Positions 36,941-40,380 of a stretch of 40,380 nucleotides of DNA are shown here, piece by piece. Origin of the DNA: Octopus bimaculoides (lineage: Eukaryota). The notes under the pieces were generated by a model. It saw nothing but the letters and a program-made list of their open reading frames with translations, did not search any database and was not told where the DNA came from. Position 1 is the stretch's first letter. Each line of letters begins with the position of its first letter. The translations under genes were made by a program, and so were the position numbers. The stretch lies in assembly GCF_001194135.2 (NCBI RefSeq), contig NC_068982.1, positions 6,411,949 to 6,452,328 of the forward strand, given 5' to 3'.

Positions 36941-37705
36941 AGCACTTTTTGTTTAGGGGCTGCAGGTGAAGAGTAAAGTCAGAGGTCTAGATTTGAGAGG
37001 GTTAAAGAGTACATGGTGTCTTAGGAATTACTCAGCCGCTTACACTTATTTTCACATCTAAGCTGAATGTTCATCATTGTTATTCATGGAGAATCCACCA
37101 CCATATCAACAGTAATAATAGTAATTGAACAATCGTATGATATCATAATTTATTGAAATCTTATAAAATAAGGGAAGATGCATCATGATAAAGTTTCAAC
37201 AAATACATGTAAATAAGATAAAACAATTTTTGTTGAAAACAAAATATGAAAACATACTGTGTATGTTTTCATATTTTATTGTCTATATGCATTACACCAA
37301 TAATATGTTTCATTGTTAGCATCAAATCCAAGAGGATATACATTTACACTTTACAATATCTTTAGGAAATGAGAAAATTAGTTTCTCACAATTTGATATT
37401 CTTTTGTGCAGCATCTGCAATAAGATGACCACAAATTTGATTGTATAGTAGAAAGAGAAACTTTCTCGTTATTGCATTCAAATATTATTTTTAGACTTTA
37501 GATAATTTGCTTTAACTATCTGGTGAATGGAACCTTAACAACCTCTTAGGTTGGCAAAATATTCATAACTGTGCAATATAAGTGCTTTATTATCATTTTT
37601 CCTCCTACTTATCTCTACATCAGCAACAGCAAATGGCACATTTTAATGAAAACAAATGATTCAAAATACATGACATCTTTTATTGTCTCAGTATTAACCA
37701 ACACA

Positions 37706-38370
37706 AAGACGGTGAGCTGGCAGAAATGTTAGCACGCCAGGCAAAATGCCAAACGGTATTTCGGCTACTGTTACTTTCTGAGTTCAATTTCCGCCAAGGT
37801 CGGCTTTGCCTTTCATCCTTTCGGGGTCGATAAATTAAGTATCAGTTACGCACTGGGGTTGATGTAATCGACTTAATTCCTTTGTCTGTCCTTGCTTGTC
37901 TCCTCTATGTTTAGCCCCTTGTGGGCGATAAAGAAATAAGAAACATTAGCATGTCAGGCGAAATGCTTTGCGGCATTTCGTGTCTTTATGTTCTGAGTTC
38001 ACATTCCACCAAGGTCAACTTTGCCTTTCATTCTTTTGATGGTCGATAAATTAAGTACCAGTTGAGTACTGGGGTTGATCTAATTCACTAGCCCCACCTC
38101 CCCAAAAATTTCGGGCCTTGTGCCTCGAGTAGAATAGAATATTTATGTGTCAAGGTAGCAAGCTGGCAGAAACATTAGCACACCGGGCGAAATGATTAGT
38201 GAAATTTCATCTGTCTTTACAGTCTGAGTTCAAATTCCACCGAGGTCGACTTTGCCTTTCATGCTTTCAGGGTCAATAAACTAAGTACCAGTTGCATACT
38301 GGGGTCGATCTAATTGACTGGCCCCCTCCCCCAAATTTCGGGCCTTTTTCCTAGAGTAGAAAAGAATATT
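37706..38370 (+). mobile_element. Tandem cluster of three family A-type SINEs (the first has a different 3' end)
   Basis: Copies start at ~37706, ~37942 and ~38152. Confidence 0.85.
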
Positions 38371-38712
38371 TGATATTCTAATTCATGTTTCCCATTTTCC
38401 AATGCGTTTTTGTAAAGATGTTGTCCATATATGGAGGTGTTCCTTGATGCAGATGTCTAAAGGATAAATCCAGTTGCTGATATAATATTTATCACATTCT
38501 CTGTATTGAATCTGAGCTTTTTAACACATTACATTTCATATATTCCACATTACTTCAAGCAAACGCCAATACTTTTCTAACAGCAGACACTGCTTTACAA
38601 CCATTAAAATATTGTAATGGACTAAATGAATTATCTTCATTCCTTTTGTTCTTGAGATTAATATTTCAAACATACATTATTTTATGAGGATTCGTTATTT
38701 AATGTTATGGAG

Positions 38713-39198
38713 ATGTACTTGCATAGCAAGTGACTTGATCTGAGATCATGTGCTGAAACAAAAACAATTGCAGCATGGAAGGTGTTTACAAGCCATTTAA
38801 GATACACAAAATCCATTAGATTCACTTCAACATTTAAATTTAATTTGTCAAAATATTTTTGTCATTTTGGGACTGCGATCTGTTCACTGACAAAATTCCA
38901 TGCTGCTTACAATACTCATTTATTTTTATCAAAATAATTAAAAGTTATGATAAAAGTATTATCATAGTTATGATTAATGTATTATTATTATTATTATTAT
39001 TATTATGAAAATATCAAAAATGACGTTAATTTAAAATTTTTTGATTAAAATAAATTAGTATTATATGCAGCACGGAATTTTGTTAGTGAACAGGTCGCGG
39101 CCTCAAAGCAGTGAAAATATTTTGACAAATTAAATTTAAATGTTGAAGTGAATCTAACGGTTTTTGTGTGTTTTTAAATGGTTTATAAACACCTTCCA
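38713..39198. mobile_element. Foldback element with ~170-bp arms and an (ATT)n-containing spacer
   Basis: 38776-~38940 is the imperfect reverse complement of ~39035-39198, including an exact TTAGATTCACTTCAACATTTAAATTTAATTTGTCAAAATATTTT match. Confidence 0.75.
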
Positions 39199-39380
39199 CA
39201 CTTCAAATATTCATTGTTTAATGTGTTCTTGCTTAGAAACATAAAGAGCAAAGAAAATTTTATTTGAACATTCATATTTTTTCAATTATGCTTTATCACA
39301 TGATCAATCATCCTCATCATTATACATCACTAGTTACAATGCACTTTGCATTGTTTTAGCTTTCCAACGATGCCACCTCA

Positions 39381-39541
39381 CTAGTCCATAGCAGGGGTAC
39401 CTATTTACAGCTGAGTAGACTGGAGCAACATGAAATGGCATATTTTGTTTCATTTAAGAATCCAACATACTACTTGGTCTGGCAATCAAAACCATGATCT
39501 AGCCATCATGAGTGTAAAACCCTAACCACTAAGCCATGCAC
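39381..39541 (-). mobile_element. Degenerate family E SINE
   Basis: Reverse complement TGGCTTAGTGG head and GCTCCAGTCTACTCAGCTG...CCCTGCTATGGACTAG, shared with 22765-22830. Confidence 0.55.
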
Positions 39542-40380
39542 CTTCACAGTTATACTTTTATAATTTATTTAAATTTGGCTTATTAGAAATAGTTCCCAAG
39601 AGATTGGTGTCCATAAGAAATTTAAAGATACAGTCATACATGAATAATGAATCTGTCAGGCTTGAAAAATTACTGCGACTGATTAAGCAAAACTATTTGA
39701 GAGTCTAATAAAATTAGATCACTTCTTGGATATCTGTTGAGTATATGTTGCTTATACACAGAAAAAAAATGGATAATTTATGCTTCTTTTTATTCATCCA
39801 AACAAAATAGATTTTAGTGAATTCAATCTATTTTTTAAAAGAAATGCAATCTCGATATATTTAACATTTTTAACATTTTTTTATCTATTGCCAGCAAGTT
39901 GTATGAATTCAAACATATGTTCAATGTTTATCTTAGGAAATTTAGCAAATAATTCTAAGAGCGAAATCTACTTATTATAAAAACATAATGTGATCAAAGT
40001 TGATTAGGAATTAAAAACTGATATTTTTTTTCTTTTTGGAATTCAAAATCACAGTTTCTTTAAAATCTCTCATTTAAAAAGTGCACAGTCTGTCTCTTTC
40101 TCTCTATGTCTCTCTCCCCTCTGCTTTCTCCATCTATCAACCCCTATATTAAATACATGTTATCTTATCTTGTTTCTGGTACTCAGTGCTTTTGGATACA
40201 TAAGTGGCTGAATACATATGTAATGTAGTGAATATACATATATTATCAACTTCATCATTTTGCATCAGCTTTCTGTACTGGCATGGGTGTATGGTTTGAC
40301 AGGCAAAGATTTTACAGGCTAGAGGATATGTCTTACCCTCATACCATATATATATATATATATATATACATATATATATA

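Overview
This is AT-rich, microsatellite-rich eukaryotic DNA with five N-gaps. The repeat content is most consistent with an octopus (coleoid cephalopod) intronic or intergenic region; that assignment is an inference. I recognise no intact host gene. The window is a mosaic of retroelements and DNA-transposon fossils: about 17 5'-truncated 3' ends of an RTE-clade LINE (one carries the ORF2 C-terminus), three tRNA-derived SINE families (called A, B and E here), a Tc1 3' end, a mini-mariner, a piggyBac-type MITE, a decayed ZMYM1-like hAT transposase and a HERO/R2-type retrotransposon relic. The main discovery is a fourth short element, family H, with 8 copies or fragments. It joins a tRNA-like Pol III head, an (AAT)n tract and a Penelope-style minimal hammerhead ribozyme, which is intact at 10733-10776. 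Three insertions are head-to-head inverted pairs, and two of them are bracketed by a single target-site duplication. This suggests a tRNA-headed, ribozyme-bearing SINE mobilised by a Penelope-like retroelement. All family names come from motif recognition by eye, not from database searches.
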